The notes under the pieces: model-generated
The model's database searches: none
What the model was told of the DNA's origin: nothing
What the model saw: only the letters and a program-made list of their open reading frames with translations
Made by a program: the position numbers and the translations under genes
Part shown: one piece after another, positions 36,903 through 48,400 of the stretch
How positions within the stretch are numbered: the stretch's first letter is position 1
Layout of the letters: each line of letters begins with the position of its first letter
Assembly (NCBI GenBank): GCA_905178155.1
Contig: CAJINV010000001.1
Coordinates: forward strand, 8,091,599-8,155,598
Reading direction: 5' to 3'
Length of the DNA stretch: 64,000 nucleotides
Origin: Amoebophrya sp. A120
Lineage: Eukaryota; Protista; Dinoflagellata

Positions 36903-37703
36903 ATGGGCTGCAGTCAGGGCAAACAACCGTCTCCGGCAACCAGCGCCAAGGTGCGCAGTTTCCCCGAGGAGGGCGACGAGTCGGCGAGAAGCGCAGCGGC
37001 ACATCATGGCGGCAACGGCAGAACACAGCACGCGGATAGCGCCGGCGCTGGCGGCGACAAGAAAGAGGAAGAACCGAATGAGATAATCGACGTGACCAAG
37101 GAGCTCGGAGCGACGACGGGCTCCACGTCGTCGGCGCACCAGAGCAACGCTGCCAACGCGGACCAAGCCACGAAAAAACCCCGGAGTTCGTATCGCACTC
37201 CGAAAAAGGCCGGCGGCGCAAAGGGGGCGGCGGCGGGGAACAACAAGGACCAGAGCAACAATCTGAACGCGTCCAGTGCCAGCAACGCGCTCGGTGCCTC
37301 CGGGACTTCCGTGCAGTCGCAGCCGAGCAGTGCGCCGCCACTGAGCAGAACGGACACGGGGGACTTGCCGTCCGGCCGACGGCAGCAAAGCCGCGATGAA
37401 CCACCACAGCCACATCAGCAGCAGTTCTCGTCCACGGCTCCGCTGCCAAAAGCCGCGCCTTTTCGCGGGCCGCCACAGGGCGGGATCGACCCCGCATCGC
37501 CTGCGTCGGCTCGGGGAACAGGGGACCATACCGCGCCGACCACGCCCATTCACAACTCGGTGACGCCGACCTACCGGGCGAACCAGAAGCTGATTCGCCA
37601 CGCGACCGCCGAGGAATTGAGGACGGGGGCCAGCCTCGGAATCACACAGCCGTATGAAGATCCCGAGGAGCTTTTTCTCGAAAAAGATCCGAAGGCGAAA
37701 TGA
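36903..37703 (+). CDS. Low-complexity protein with an N-terminal MGC dual-acylation motif, 266 aa
   Basis: The in-frame ATG at 36903 gives MGCSQGK (Gly2 myristoylation, Cys3 palmitoylation pattern). The rest is an A/S/P/Q-rich disordered sequence. Confidence 0.7.
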   Translation: MGCSQGKQPSPATSAKVRSFPEEGDESARSAAAHHGGNGRTQHADSAGAGGDKKEEEPNEIIDVTKELGATTGSTSSAHQSNAANADQATKKPRSSYRTPKKAGGAKGAAAGNNKDQSNNLNASSASNALGASGTSVQSQPSSAPPLSRTDTGDLPSGRRQQSRDEPPQPHQQQFSSTAPLPKAAPFRGPPQGGIDPASPASARGTGDHTAPTTPIHNSVTPTYRANQKLIRHATAEELRTGASLGITQPYEDPEELFLEKDPKAK

Positions 37704-38360
37704 CCTGCTTGCTGTCTTACCGGCACCACTTCCCTCTTGATGATTAGCTGTATCTTCAACCTGCGTTCATGATTATAACCACATCATTTTTACGGGACCA
37801 CGCACATACAGAGCTTCACCTTGCTCTTCTAATCCGGAAGAAGCTTGTTGCTTTCACGAGGAACACATTTTAGTACGACATTCCGCGAATTATGATTTTA
37901 TCAGCATGATGGAAAGGGGCACGGCCACGGGTAGCCTTTACGAACAGGCTACACGATACTGCACTGATTGCGTTCGAACTCGGTTTTTCAAGGAGAATCG
38001 GTTTTTTTTCTTCACGAGCCGGATTCCTCAGCGTAAAGATTCAGATTGCAATACACTTCGTCGCAAAAGGTATTTACTGCGTGCATGCATCTTGCTTCTT
38101 CGGGTACCTAGTTTGGCCTTGATTCAAAATACTTTAACACAGTGGTGCTTCATTATCATTTTTATGATATGGCTGAGGCTGCCGCTGCCCGACGCCGACC
38201 GAGGATCCCTCATTATCCCGAGAGTTTACTTGTTTCCGAATCGAAACGCTATCAAGAAATGTCTAGCGTCAACACCTGTTCGAGAAAATGAAATTCATAG
38301 AGAATTCGGACCATATCTTTGTTCATCACAGCGATTTCGATCTTAGCACCCACCGGAAAA

Positions 38361-39544
38361 ATGGCAACATGCGGCGCAGCAGAAGGTAAAAACAAGACCT
38401 CGCCGAAGATGCAGCATCACGAAGATGCGTATGACCACAGCCACGGAGTATTAAATCAGCACATGGTGATCAAGGTTGCGCCGGAGAAATCCGAGGACTT
38501 CTTGTTGTTTGGCGATGAACTGCGTTGAATCAGCACATGGTGATCAAGGTTGCGCCGGAGAAATCCGAGGACTTCTTGTTGTTTGGCGATGAACTGCGTT
38601 GTCGCATTGGGCGAGACATGATGTACAGGGCCCCACCTTCCGATGGAGTCACGGGGAAGAAGAAAGGCCTTCTTTCGCAGGCAGTGTCTCGTGCAAGACT
38701 GTTTCTAAAAGCGCCGCTAGTCTTCACCGGTGTCCTATTGTACAGCGCGCTCGCCTTCATACCGTTCCTCGGGCGCTGGATCGTGAACCGCGTGGTATCA
38801 AACCTGCTTCCAAAAGTGATGGGCCAAACGGACAAACTGACACGCAGCATCCGTGCGGAGCTGCTGAAGACCATTTCGGGAAAAGTTTTAGACTTCGGCG
38901 CGGGCTCGGGTATCTACATGAAGTACTGCTTTCCGCCCTACACGAAAACGGCTACGGAAGTAACCAAATATGTAGCGCTCGAGCCAAATAGGCGACTACA
39001 TTCGCACATTCAAAAAACGTTCGATGATATCAGAGAAAATAAAGCGGTTCTTGTGGGGGACGCTGACGGAAGGACAGCACCTGATGCTGCGGTTGACAAT
39101 AAACAGTGGAATGATCATGTTGACATCTCAAACAAGGCGAACGACGTTCTTGAAATCGCAGGCGAATTTCTCTCGGATCTAAAGGTGCGGTTACATGCCC
39201 AGCCGACCTTTGATTGGATCATCCTGGGTAACGTCCTCTGCGAGGTGCCGGACCCGCCGAGTATCCTTCGCGACCTCGATTCTTTGCTGAAGCCAGGCGG
39301 ATTCGTATTTTTCAGCGAGCACGTGGGCTACAGGCCTGCGAACAGCTGGCGCAGATGGCGCCAGAATTTGGTGGCGCCCTGGTGGCGGCGCGTTTCTGAC
39401 GGTTGCCAATGCAACCGCGATACGATGCACACAATCAGTAGGGCGGTCCCGAATTGGGCGGTGCACAGTTTCGAGTTCGACTCTTGTGGCGTTATGCCGT
39501 GGAATGCGCTCTTCCAAATCGGACTTGCCAAGAAAATTGCCTGA
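38361..39544 (+). CDS. Class I SAM-dependent methyltransferase (METTL7-like) interrupted by a 74-bp tandem duplication; 369 aa if one copy is removed
   Basis: Motifs VLDFGAGSG, ALEPN, FDWIILGNVLCEVPDP, LLKPGGFVFFSEHV and DGCQCNRD, with a hydrophobic N-terminal segment. Confidence 0.85.
38454..38601 (+). repeat. Perfect 2 x 74-bp tandem duplication within the CDS
   Basis: aatcagcacatggtgatcaaggttgcg...gatgaactgcgttg at 38454-38527 and 38528-38601. The junction creates an in-frame TGA. Confidence 0.95.
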
Positions 39545-40178
39545 TGGCACGTAGACGGTCTAGGAGTTTATATATTGACCTCTGAGATTGAGACAGTGTT
39601 TAGCCTGAGAACAAGATTCACAGAAAGGCTGTGTTCATCACGATGGATCTGTTTTGTTTGGCCGGTCACTTGTTCTTGATGTACATCGATTCGAAGAACA
39701 ACTACCGATGATCATAGTGATTCTAAAATAAGAGCGGAACCTGACGGGGATCTGATTCTGAAGGACAAATGTATGTGACGGATCGAAAGAAGGATCAGGA
39801 TTCAAAGCGAGATTGCTCCTCAGAGGCGCCGACGAGATACTTAAGCCCAGAACCTCATGTTCCTACCTGGTTCTTGCTGCAAAAATATCACCCAAGTGAG
39901 TCCATTAGCCCGCCGTCTTGTAAGAACGCAATTATAAGTATTGCACATGATCATGTGCCAGATCCAGAGGGAAATTCTGCTTGCGAATGTTTGCTGAGTG
40001 ACACTGTCTTTCTAGGTCGCCCCGGCGTCGAGTGAAAGCCGGCACGACAGTATGAGTGGTTGCAATAGTTGTATCTGAATCTTGTTCAAGTTCAACTCAC
40101 TTAACCTTTTTGCGAGAGAAAATACGTACCATTTATCCCTGTATCCGTACATCGAGTTCTTCATACGGAATCACAATC

Positions 40179-42348
40179 ATGTCTAAGATTAAGAAGACGA
40201 CGGGTCTGCTGATCGCTGCAGCGCATTTGGCACTGTGGATTTCTCCCTGTGTTCTTTGTCGCGCAAGCACACGACAAGCCGGAGTTGAGGGCAACGAAGC
40301 TTTATCGACATCAGGGCAGGCGAGCATCGTAGAAACCTCTGCAGTTCCCGAGGAGAGCCGCGCACCAGCCGGAGTTGAGGGCAATGATAATGAAGCGTCG
40401 TCGACACCACAGCAGGCGAGCACCGTAGAAACTCAAAGTTCTGCAGTTTCCGAGGAGAGCCTCCCATCTACAGGACCACTAGATAGTACAACAGCGCCGG
40501 TGTCACAATCCGCAATAGCGTCCCGGGGCACGACAACGACCTCCACAAGAAGAAGAACCACTTTAAAAGACTTAGACGACGGAGAAGTCGTGATGCGCCG
40601 TTGTTGCCAGCGCAAGAAAAAGACACAATGGAGGAGCCCGCTACCCGCAATCCCGGAGGATCCGGCAGAAGATGAAGATGTAATTGTGAGACCAAATAAG
40701 CGGATGCGTATTCGGATTCGAAAAACATTTAATAGAGATGGACGGATTGAGACAACCACAACCGTGATTCCGGACCGGCTTTCGGAGCACGGGGTTTCGG
40801 ACGATGTGGAGAAAGCGAAATGCATCACGTGGCCAGAGTTGTGGCACCGACACGAGGAGGTGCGCACTGCTGAGATGGAGGTCGACCTGTTCAAAAACGC
40901 GCCTTTGAGACCCTGGGTCGCGGTGCCGGCGAAGCAGCAGTTGGACCACTTCTACCAAGACGTCGGACCCTTCGCAGGCCCTCCGGTTTGGCCCGCGTGG
41001 TTGCCGGAAGATGATGTCACATATTACGGGCCAAACAACCTAGATGTCCACTGGTTTTTCGGGACGCCCGTGCCTTACATTACCTTTCGCGAATATAGTT
41101 CTATCTTCGACCCTGTGATGAATAACGCAAGAGAGAGACAAGGGCCCTACCAAAATCGGCCGTCAGACAGATTGGCAGCACCGAAATTTGGAGCCGCGAC
41201 GCAGCAGCACTTGTCGAGGGCTGCGCAGGGTTTGCTACGCGAGATTGCCTTAAGCGAAAGCCTCGTCCTGGACGAGGTGTTGCGTCGCATGCCGATGGAA
41301 CGCGCAAAGGCCCGCGGCATGCCGTACGATGTTCATCAGATTGACGCGCAAACGGCGTGTGCCCTGTTGGTACAAGCGGCAGGAGAGCAGCGGAAACGAG
41401 TTGATAGGGGAGCACGAACTGTCTGGCGACAGTGGTGGATCGATTACCTTGCCTGGTTTACCCAAGAATACTACCTCTTCCATGCGCGGCGGCTCCGTTT
41501 GCACAGAATGCCCATCACGGAAGCAGTTTTGAACACGACGCGCGGAAAGCTTGACAAGAGAGCCAAGACAGCGGACCACATCCGCTTTGGGACAGCACTC
41601 TCAACAAAGATGAGCCCGCTCGCGCCTCGAGCAAGGCCACTTTCTACCAACATGAAGAAGCGTGGCCCAGGACGAGCAGAGCGTTTGGCGCAGCCACTGC
41701 TCAACAAGGTCAAAAAAAAGGAGAAAGCGGGATTGGAACGAAAGAAGAGCCAGGCCGCGGAGGCAGCGACGCAGCGGCGCCGCTGGAGGTCGCAAGTGAG
41801 GCAGGAGGAACAGGAACTCCAACTTATCGCCCGGGAGCAAAAAGCTCTGGCGCAGAAGGCCATCCGCGATTTGGCAGATGCGTGGAGCAAGGCGCCGGAC
41901 TTCATCCCGGATGCTTTCCCGCAGCTGGTTCGCGCTTTGGAGAGTATGCGAGAACGCGCGAGGTCGTGTCCGAGCATGGCAAGCAAGTACTTTCACCAGT
42001 TCCTTCACGACATCAACCTAACTCTCAAGATTCCCCTGGGATGTCGCCCAGTTACGTGAATCTGAAAACGTTCCGCGTTGCTACAACTCGTTTGCAACCG
42101 GCGCATGTTCAAAAAGCAATAATGGGAAGACGCCGCGCTCGGATTTTCCCTACAAAAGAGACCACAGCCACTTGCCGCACTTAGACATAGATGAAATCGC
42201 AGTGGATGGTGCCGCTGAAGAAGACCAGGAATTATGCGACTTCGCCGAATGTTCGTCGAACTCCCAATCCCAGGAGCAGATGAACCACATCTCTGAAGAC
42301 CTAGCTCCTGTCTCTTCCTCTTTTTCCGGCGTCCCAGCAACATCATAA
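40179..42348 (+). CDS. Probable secreted hypothetical protein, 2 exons (40179-42055, 42168-42348), ~685 aa
   Basis: Signal-like MSKIKKTTGLLIAAAHLALWISPCVLC. Internal AGVEGN...QAS.VET..SAV.EES repeated twice. Putative GT-AG intron 42056-42167 adds an acidic tail; otherwise the ORF stops at 42059. Confidence 0.7.
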
Positions 42349-43313
42349 CCCGATCGAGAAGCCCGATGACCTGAAAGCCTGGTTCTACGACTCAAACAAG
42401 ATGGTCTGCAGCTGGAGGTGAAGGCACACGACCTTCCGCAAGGCCACCCTCTTGTTCACTCATCGCCCTTTCATCTGTCACTGGGCGACGATTCACATTA
42501 TAGTCCAGAGACTTTAGCTGTATCTCAGTATTCTGTCGCGAATGACGGCCCTTTTCGATTTTTCACTTTTATCGAGCCGTTTTAATACGACAGCAGCAAC
42601 CAGCGACAACATGCAACAGTTACGCGGATGAGAAAATCGCGCACGAATTGTGCCCGATAGGTCGCAGCCAGCGCATTGTTGTACAATCAACGTACTTGCC
42701 TCCGAAAAAATAGAATTTTCTGTAAGATTAAGAAAGTAGGAGCAACTTCAGTTTCACTTCGTTGACATCTATGTGTATGATCCATCTTTGTAAGTCTCGA
42801 GTGGCTATGATTTTGCCTGATGTGACACTAGACATTTTGTGCTGACAAACTTGAATCAGAATCGTGATCGAAATTATAGCGGATCTGTATCTGCAGTTTG
42901 ATCTTGACATGATTGGTATTTCTCATCAAGGTTTCTTTTGCTTGCAGGTTGAGTGGAAACAACTGAACATAAAGGCGCAAAATACGCCGATCGACACGCA
43001 ATTGGCTTTCCAACACTTTTTCGACATGTGTTCACTCCGTGTTCGGATTTTCTTTTTCGTTTTTCGGACGATTTTTCGAGAAGATGGCGATCACAAGTCT
43101 ACAGCAATTTTTCTTCAGGCGGCGAAGCAGACCGTGTTTTTATACATAGGGGAAGAATTATGCACTAGCTTCAGTTGAGCTAAAGACAAAGACTTCAGCT
43201 CGAAGAGTATACAGTAGTGTGTTACGAGCAGACGACATATCTCTATTGTTGCAAAAAAATCGAAAAGGATAAAACAATCCAATCGATCCAATTATCGAAG
43301 GAACAGTGCGAAC

Positions 43314-44591
43314 ATGTTTCGTAAACTCCGTATTTTGTGTCTTCACGGGTATGGCCAGTCGGGTAGCCACCTGAAGCAGAAGATCGAGACGTCCGTGTTT
43401 ACTACCGCGAGCGACTTTTTGCGGGACAGCATTGAGTTTGTTTTTCTCGACGCCCCGCATGCCGCGGAGGGTGAGTTCGGCCTTGTGCTCCAACGAGATC
43501 CGAAGATCCCCAATCCGCCCGCTCCGGCGCGGCGCAAAGCAGACAGCTTTAAATGGGCGGAACCCGCTGCGCTGCTGCGCACGCCGGAACCGAAGCGGTT
43601 TGCCGGAATCTACGAAGGTTTGCCGGATACGCTGCGCTACATCGGGCGGAAGTTCGCCGAACTCGGAAACTTCGACGGCCTGCTCGGGTTCTCCCAGGGT
43701 GGCATCATTTGTCACTACATCGTGAATTTTGTGGTTGGGCGCTACGGCGGAGACTTCGAGCTGGCAGCCGCAGCGTTGGAAAGAGGCTTCAATCTGCAGA
43801 CGAAAAACTACCTCGCGGAACACTTCGGTTTGCGCGAGAACATGCTCGCGGGAGGACGAGGGAGTGGCAAAGCCTTGGGAGGACCACCGGCAGTTGGGGA
43901 GGAAACGGAAACATCAAGACGTGGTTCATCTGAAGCACCCGCTCTACCGCACATCGAAGGGGTCACGTACGACGCGCTCCCGGGTAACCCTTCGCTCTCT
44001 GTGCAAAAGTCCTACATTAACAGCAGCCTTGTATCAAGCGCGGGGCACAACTACCGAGCGAATATAGTACAGAAAAAGGTGCAAGCAGAACACGAAGAGA
44101 CAGAGCCTCCCGCTACGACAAGAAGTATGCGAACAACTAGTAGCAACACCAATGCCGCCGTGCTGAGCCTTCAGTTTCTCGTGGTGATCAGCAGTCCGGT
44201 GCCGCGCGACGGCAGCTTCCCCACGGAAGGCCGGCTGCAAGCAATGAAGCCACGGTTCCCGGAAATGTCGTGCCTCTCGATTCTGCAGGAGGACGATACC
44301 GTGGTTGATCCTTCGTTGAGTCTGACGGGGCTGGTTGGCAACTATGACCCCGTCGTGGTTGTGAAGAACAAAGTCGGCGGCCACAGAGTTCCGAAGGCAG
44401 AAAATGTGAGTGCGGAGGACATCGAAAAAATCGTGAACTTCTTCCAGCACGAGCTTGACCGGGCACTGATTCTGAGGGGAACAGCAGGAGCAGAAGAGGC
44501 GTCATCCACGACCCAGAGCACCTGCACCGAGGAAGGAGGTCCAGCGCCAGCTGCAAGAATGCCAGCTCCAAGGTTTTTGGCGAAGTTATGA
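43314..44591 (+). CDS. FSH1/OVCA2-family serine hydrolase
   Basis: LRILCLHGYGQS, FVFLDAPH, nucleophile elbow FDGLLGFSQG, D-x-VV and GGHRVP, giving a Ser-Asp-His triad, with long insertions. Confidence 0.88.
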   Translation: MFRKLRILCLHGYGQSGSHLKQKIETSVFTTASDFLRDSIEFVFLDAPHAAEGEFGLVLQRDPKIPNPPAPARRKADSFKWAEPAALLRTPEPKRFAGIYEGLPDTLRYIGRKFAELGNFDGLLGFSQGGIICHYIVNFVVGRYGGDFELAAAALERGFNLQTKNYLAEHFGLRENMLAGGRGSGKALGGPPAVGEETETSRRGSSEAPALPHIEGVTYDALPGNPSLSVQKSYINSSLVSSAGHNYRANIVQKKVQAEHEETEPPATTRSMRTTSSNTNAAVLSLQFLVVISSPVPRDGSFPTEGRLQAMKPRFPEMSCLSILQEDDTVVDPSLSLTGLVGNYDPVVVVKNKVGGHRVPKAENVSAEDIEKIVNFFQHELDRALILRGTAGAEEASSTTQSTCTEEGGPAPAARMPAPRFLAKL

Positions 44592-45444
44592 ATCGGAGGC
44601 TATCGCTAGTGTAGTCAAGGCCTTCTTCCACTTTGAGAATACTGAACAGATTTACCATTTCGCTCGGAGGTATACAGAAAGAGAAGCCTGCGCAGTTGTA
44701 TCACCGCGCGCCGATTAGACTCTGCCTTCAAGGAAGAATATCGCTGTACGAATGCACCGAGTTCTACACTTTTCGCTGAAACTGATTCTGTAAGAAGTGA
44801 TCATAGAGTAGATGCAACCGTGATTGAATATTGATACCTGTTGTTCGTCCACATTTTGCTGTATTGATCAAGCGAGAGGCAGGCGGTCCTGTCGAAAGTT
44901 TCTTCTATCTCACGATCGAACTCCGCCGGCAATGATGTAACTGCCGCGCCGCGATCACACTCCTGAAGATTCGCACGACGGTCGCGGCTTCTATTTGCCG
45001 AATTCGCATATACAAGTTCTTTGTTCTGCGGAACTTATGTTTGATCTTCGCTTCGATGATCGTCGAATCAGAACGCAGCTCGATTTCTGTAAGGAAGCCA
45101 GGGGCGGAACGATCTACATCGCGGGGGAGCCGGAAAAGCTATTCTTGCCTTGGAGCACGTGGTGGAGTGCGGCGAGTTGTACTTAGCAGGTTCTCGTTCT
45201 TCCAAAGTCGGGTCGTGTCGGGTTCAATTTGAATTCCCTGAGGTGGTGGTTGCTATGAGAATGACAGCGACTTCGGCTTACTTAAATCAGATTCGATTGC
45301 GACCCTCTTTTTTCGTGATAAATAGTATGTAGCGCTCCGCAAGATTCTTATTCTACGCACGTAGATTGATAAGTGTAAGTTAGTATAGTCACAGTATTAC
45401 TTCTTTTGGCCAATCACACTAAGATCAACAAACTTCAGCAAGTA

Positions 45445-48400
45445 ATGTCGCAGCCCGTGAACGGCAGTGGCCCGACTGGCGCAGGACAGTTCCAGCAGCA
45501 TTACAACCTAAGCAACACAAACTCGGCAAGTGGTACATACGCGAGCACGACAAACAGCGCGTCGGTACCTCCATTTCATCAAAGCCACTCCGTCGCGAAT
45601 CCACCACAGCAATTCAGCACGTCTGCTCACGTTATACAAGGACCTGGCCAGATAACCACAGGGCAATTTAACCGACCACAAAGACAGACGCAGTTCAGCC
45701 AGTCACAATTTATTTCCCAACCTCCGCTTGTGCCCGCGACGACGGCGGGTGGCGTAGCAAACTTTTCGAATATTGGAGCAACCTCGGAGGGATTCGGATG
45801 CGGGTTCGGTCAACCAAACAACCGTTCCCAGTTCGGCACGGCAAACGTTTCTCAGAGCAATTTCGGCACCGCAATTGGGTTTGGTTCATCTGGCTTCGCT
45901 TTCGGTGCAAGCGAAAACGCTTGTGCCACCAGCAGTAGCGCGGCAGCGCGTGCATGTGGGGTCCCGAATAACACTCAGCAGCAGCAGCAATTGCTGCAGC
46001 ATTCAACATCGCATGTAATTACCTCAGCACATGGAAATTTGATGCAGCAAGCAGCGGCCGGCTTTGGTACTACGTACCTGCCGCAAGCCACGCAGCCCCA
46101 GCTGCCTCATCAGTCCCAGTTTTCCTCGAGTAGCGCTTTCAATGGTGGGGCTGGCGCTACGCGACTAGTGTCACAACCTGTGCCCGCCTCGCAGGCGTCG
46201 AGCACGTTCACGACTGGGGGTGGGGTCCGAACCCCACAGCAGCAGGGAATGCCGTATTTTGGTGGAGCATCGATCGCCCAACCAGGGCACCAGGCCGCAG
46301 CATCCACGCCCTCCCAGTCACAGTTCCTCAACGCTACTTTATCGCAGCCGGCCTGTAGTAACTCGCAACCACCTGGACCTGGTACAAGCCAGCAGAGTGT
46401 TCACAGCTTTGCCAGTCAGCAGATGCTGCAAACCCCGACGTCACAACATAGTAACTTCTCCGCACAAGCGCAACGTCAAACTTCCCAGTTACAGCAATAC
46501 TCCCAGCCACAGTATGGAAACACGCCCGGAAGTGGTTCGGTGCCAGGATTTGGATTCCAATCCCAGAATAGTAGGCCACTGGCGACTCACAACCACGCCC
46601 CCACCAGTCAACTTTCGCAAGGCAGCCACGTGTCGATGTCTTCCTTTGCCAGCAATTTTAATAACCCGGCGACTCGCCGCAATGTGGATGTCGCGGCTGC
46701 TAGTGCCTCGCTCTTCAGCCAGCATTCGCAGCCTTTCGCCAGCCAACAGAGCAACCCGCCGAGGTCGGTCGTTGATACGCCCGGATCGGCGGCCGGTGCC
46801 GGAGGACCGATTGCGCGACCTGCTGGGACTGCAAGCTTCAGCTCCGCTTCTGGCAATCTTCTTGGAAATTTTCTGCACACGAGTGGCCAGCCAGACACTC
46901 CCGCGCCAGCTGTTGGAGTTGCAGTACAAGCTCCTGCTTCAGCACCAGCACTACCGCCTGTACCGGGCGGCGCTTCTGTGCCTGCGCAACAGCGCCGAGC
47001 AGTGTCTTCTCAACCAGCACCGGCTGTTGCGTCACTTGTACCGCCTCGCGCACCGCCTGTGGTAATTGACTTAGATTTTCCCCCTAGTGACCCTGCCGCC
47101 CGAAAATCGCCCATCTTTGGGTGTAGTGAGGCTGAAGCGGATTGGGCATTGTCGAAGCGATACGTAGACAGCTGGGAGCGCGGCCAGTTTATGACGAGCA
47201 ACTTCGACCGCAGCGCCAGTCGGCTGACCGACAAGCAGCGGCCCATCGCCGACAGGATCAAAGGAAAGATCGACCGGGCGCTGGCTGAGATAAACAAACG
47301 GCGAGCCGCCGCCGCAGCTGCAGCCGCTCCGCCTGCTCCTGCTGATGAGGCCTCGCAGACGAGCGCCCACGGGCAAAACCTCACCAATCAGTCTCAAATA
47401 CCGGCTGCGAATCCTGACTCCGCTGGTGCACTCGATCCCGCTACTACAGCAGCACCGGGCCCGCAACAATCTGCTGCCGCTCCGCAGGTGCCAGCTCCCG
47501 CTTTTGCCTTGACTGCTCCTTTCACGACCGATACTGACGAGGACCAAGATGAAGAGTGCTGGTTCGCGCAGATCTACACGCAGCTAACCGGGGCGAAAAG
47601 GGAGAGAGAGAAAACGGGCCGCAATGACCTCGCGAGGGATGGCGACCCGATCCTTCTGCGGGAAAAGGAAGGCGAAAACAGTGCAGGCGAAAAGGTCGGA
47701 AATTTCCCCAAGGAAATCAACACAGAGCTGCAGATATGCAACGCAAACGCAGTGTCTGGGTCTGGAAGCGGAAGGGCGGAGCTTGTGCCGCCTGTCTTGA
47801 GTGCGGTTGTTATAAAATCAAAATCTGTATTGTGTGGCCAGCATTAGCGCAGCCGCTCCTTCCTTTTTCATGCAGTTGCAGAAATGCAGTCTGGTGTATT
47901 TCATTTGTATTTGTAATGTTCGAGAACAAGACCGTCCTCACCTCTTGCTCTAGAAACTTGTCATGTTTGGCTGCGTGCAGTCGTCGAAATGTGTCAAGTG
48001 TGTCAATCATTCCGAGCCCAGTGCCTCAAGTTTCGGGGCCCAGACATGTTAGTTTGCATGTGCATAACAGAAGCTCAGCGAAATCGAAGGCGTTCGCTTG
48101 GCGGGTGTCGTGCGAAAACGATACCCATCAGACGACGTCCTGAAGACGGCCAATCTTCCCGTGTTGATTCAAGTTTTCTACTCCTCAGAGTACGACCTCG
48201 CCACGGCTGACGGGCGTCGGGAGAACCGAAAAGCGGTGAAGAAAATCCGAAAACTAACGGAAAAAATTGCCGTCGCGAAGTGCGAGTTCGCCGACTTGGC
48301 CTGTGTTTGTCCAACAGAGCTCGAGTGCATTCGGCGATCGGAGCTCGGCATGAGGGCGTGGAGAAAGTATTGCGGTGAGAGAAGCGCCAGGAAACCTATT

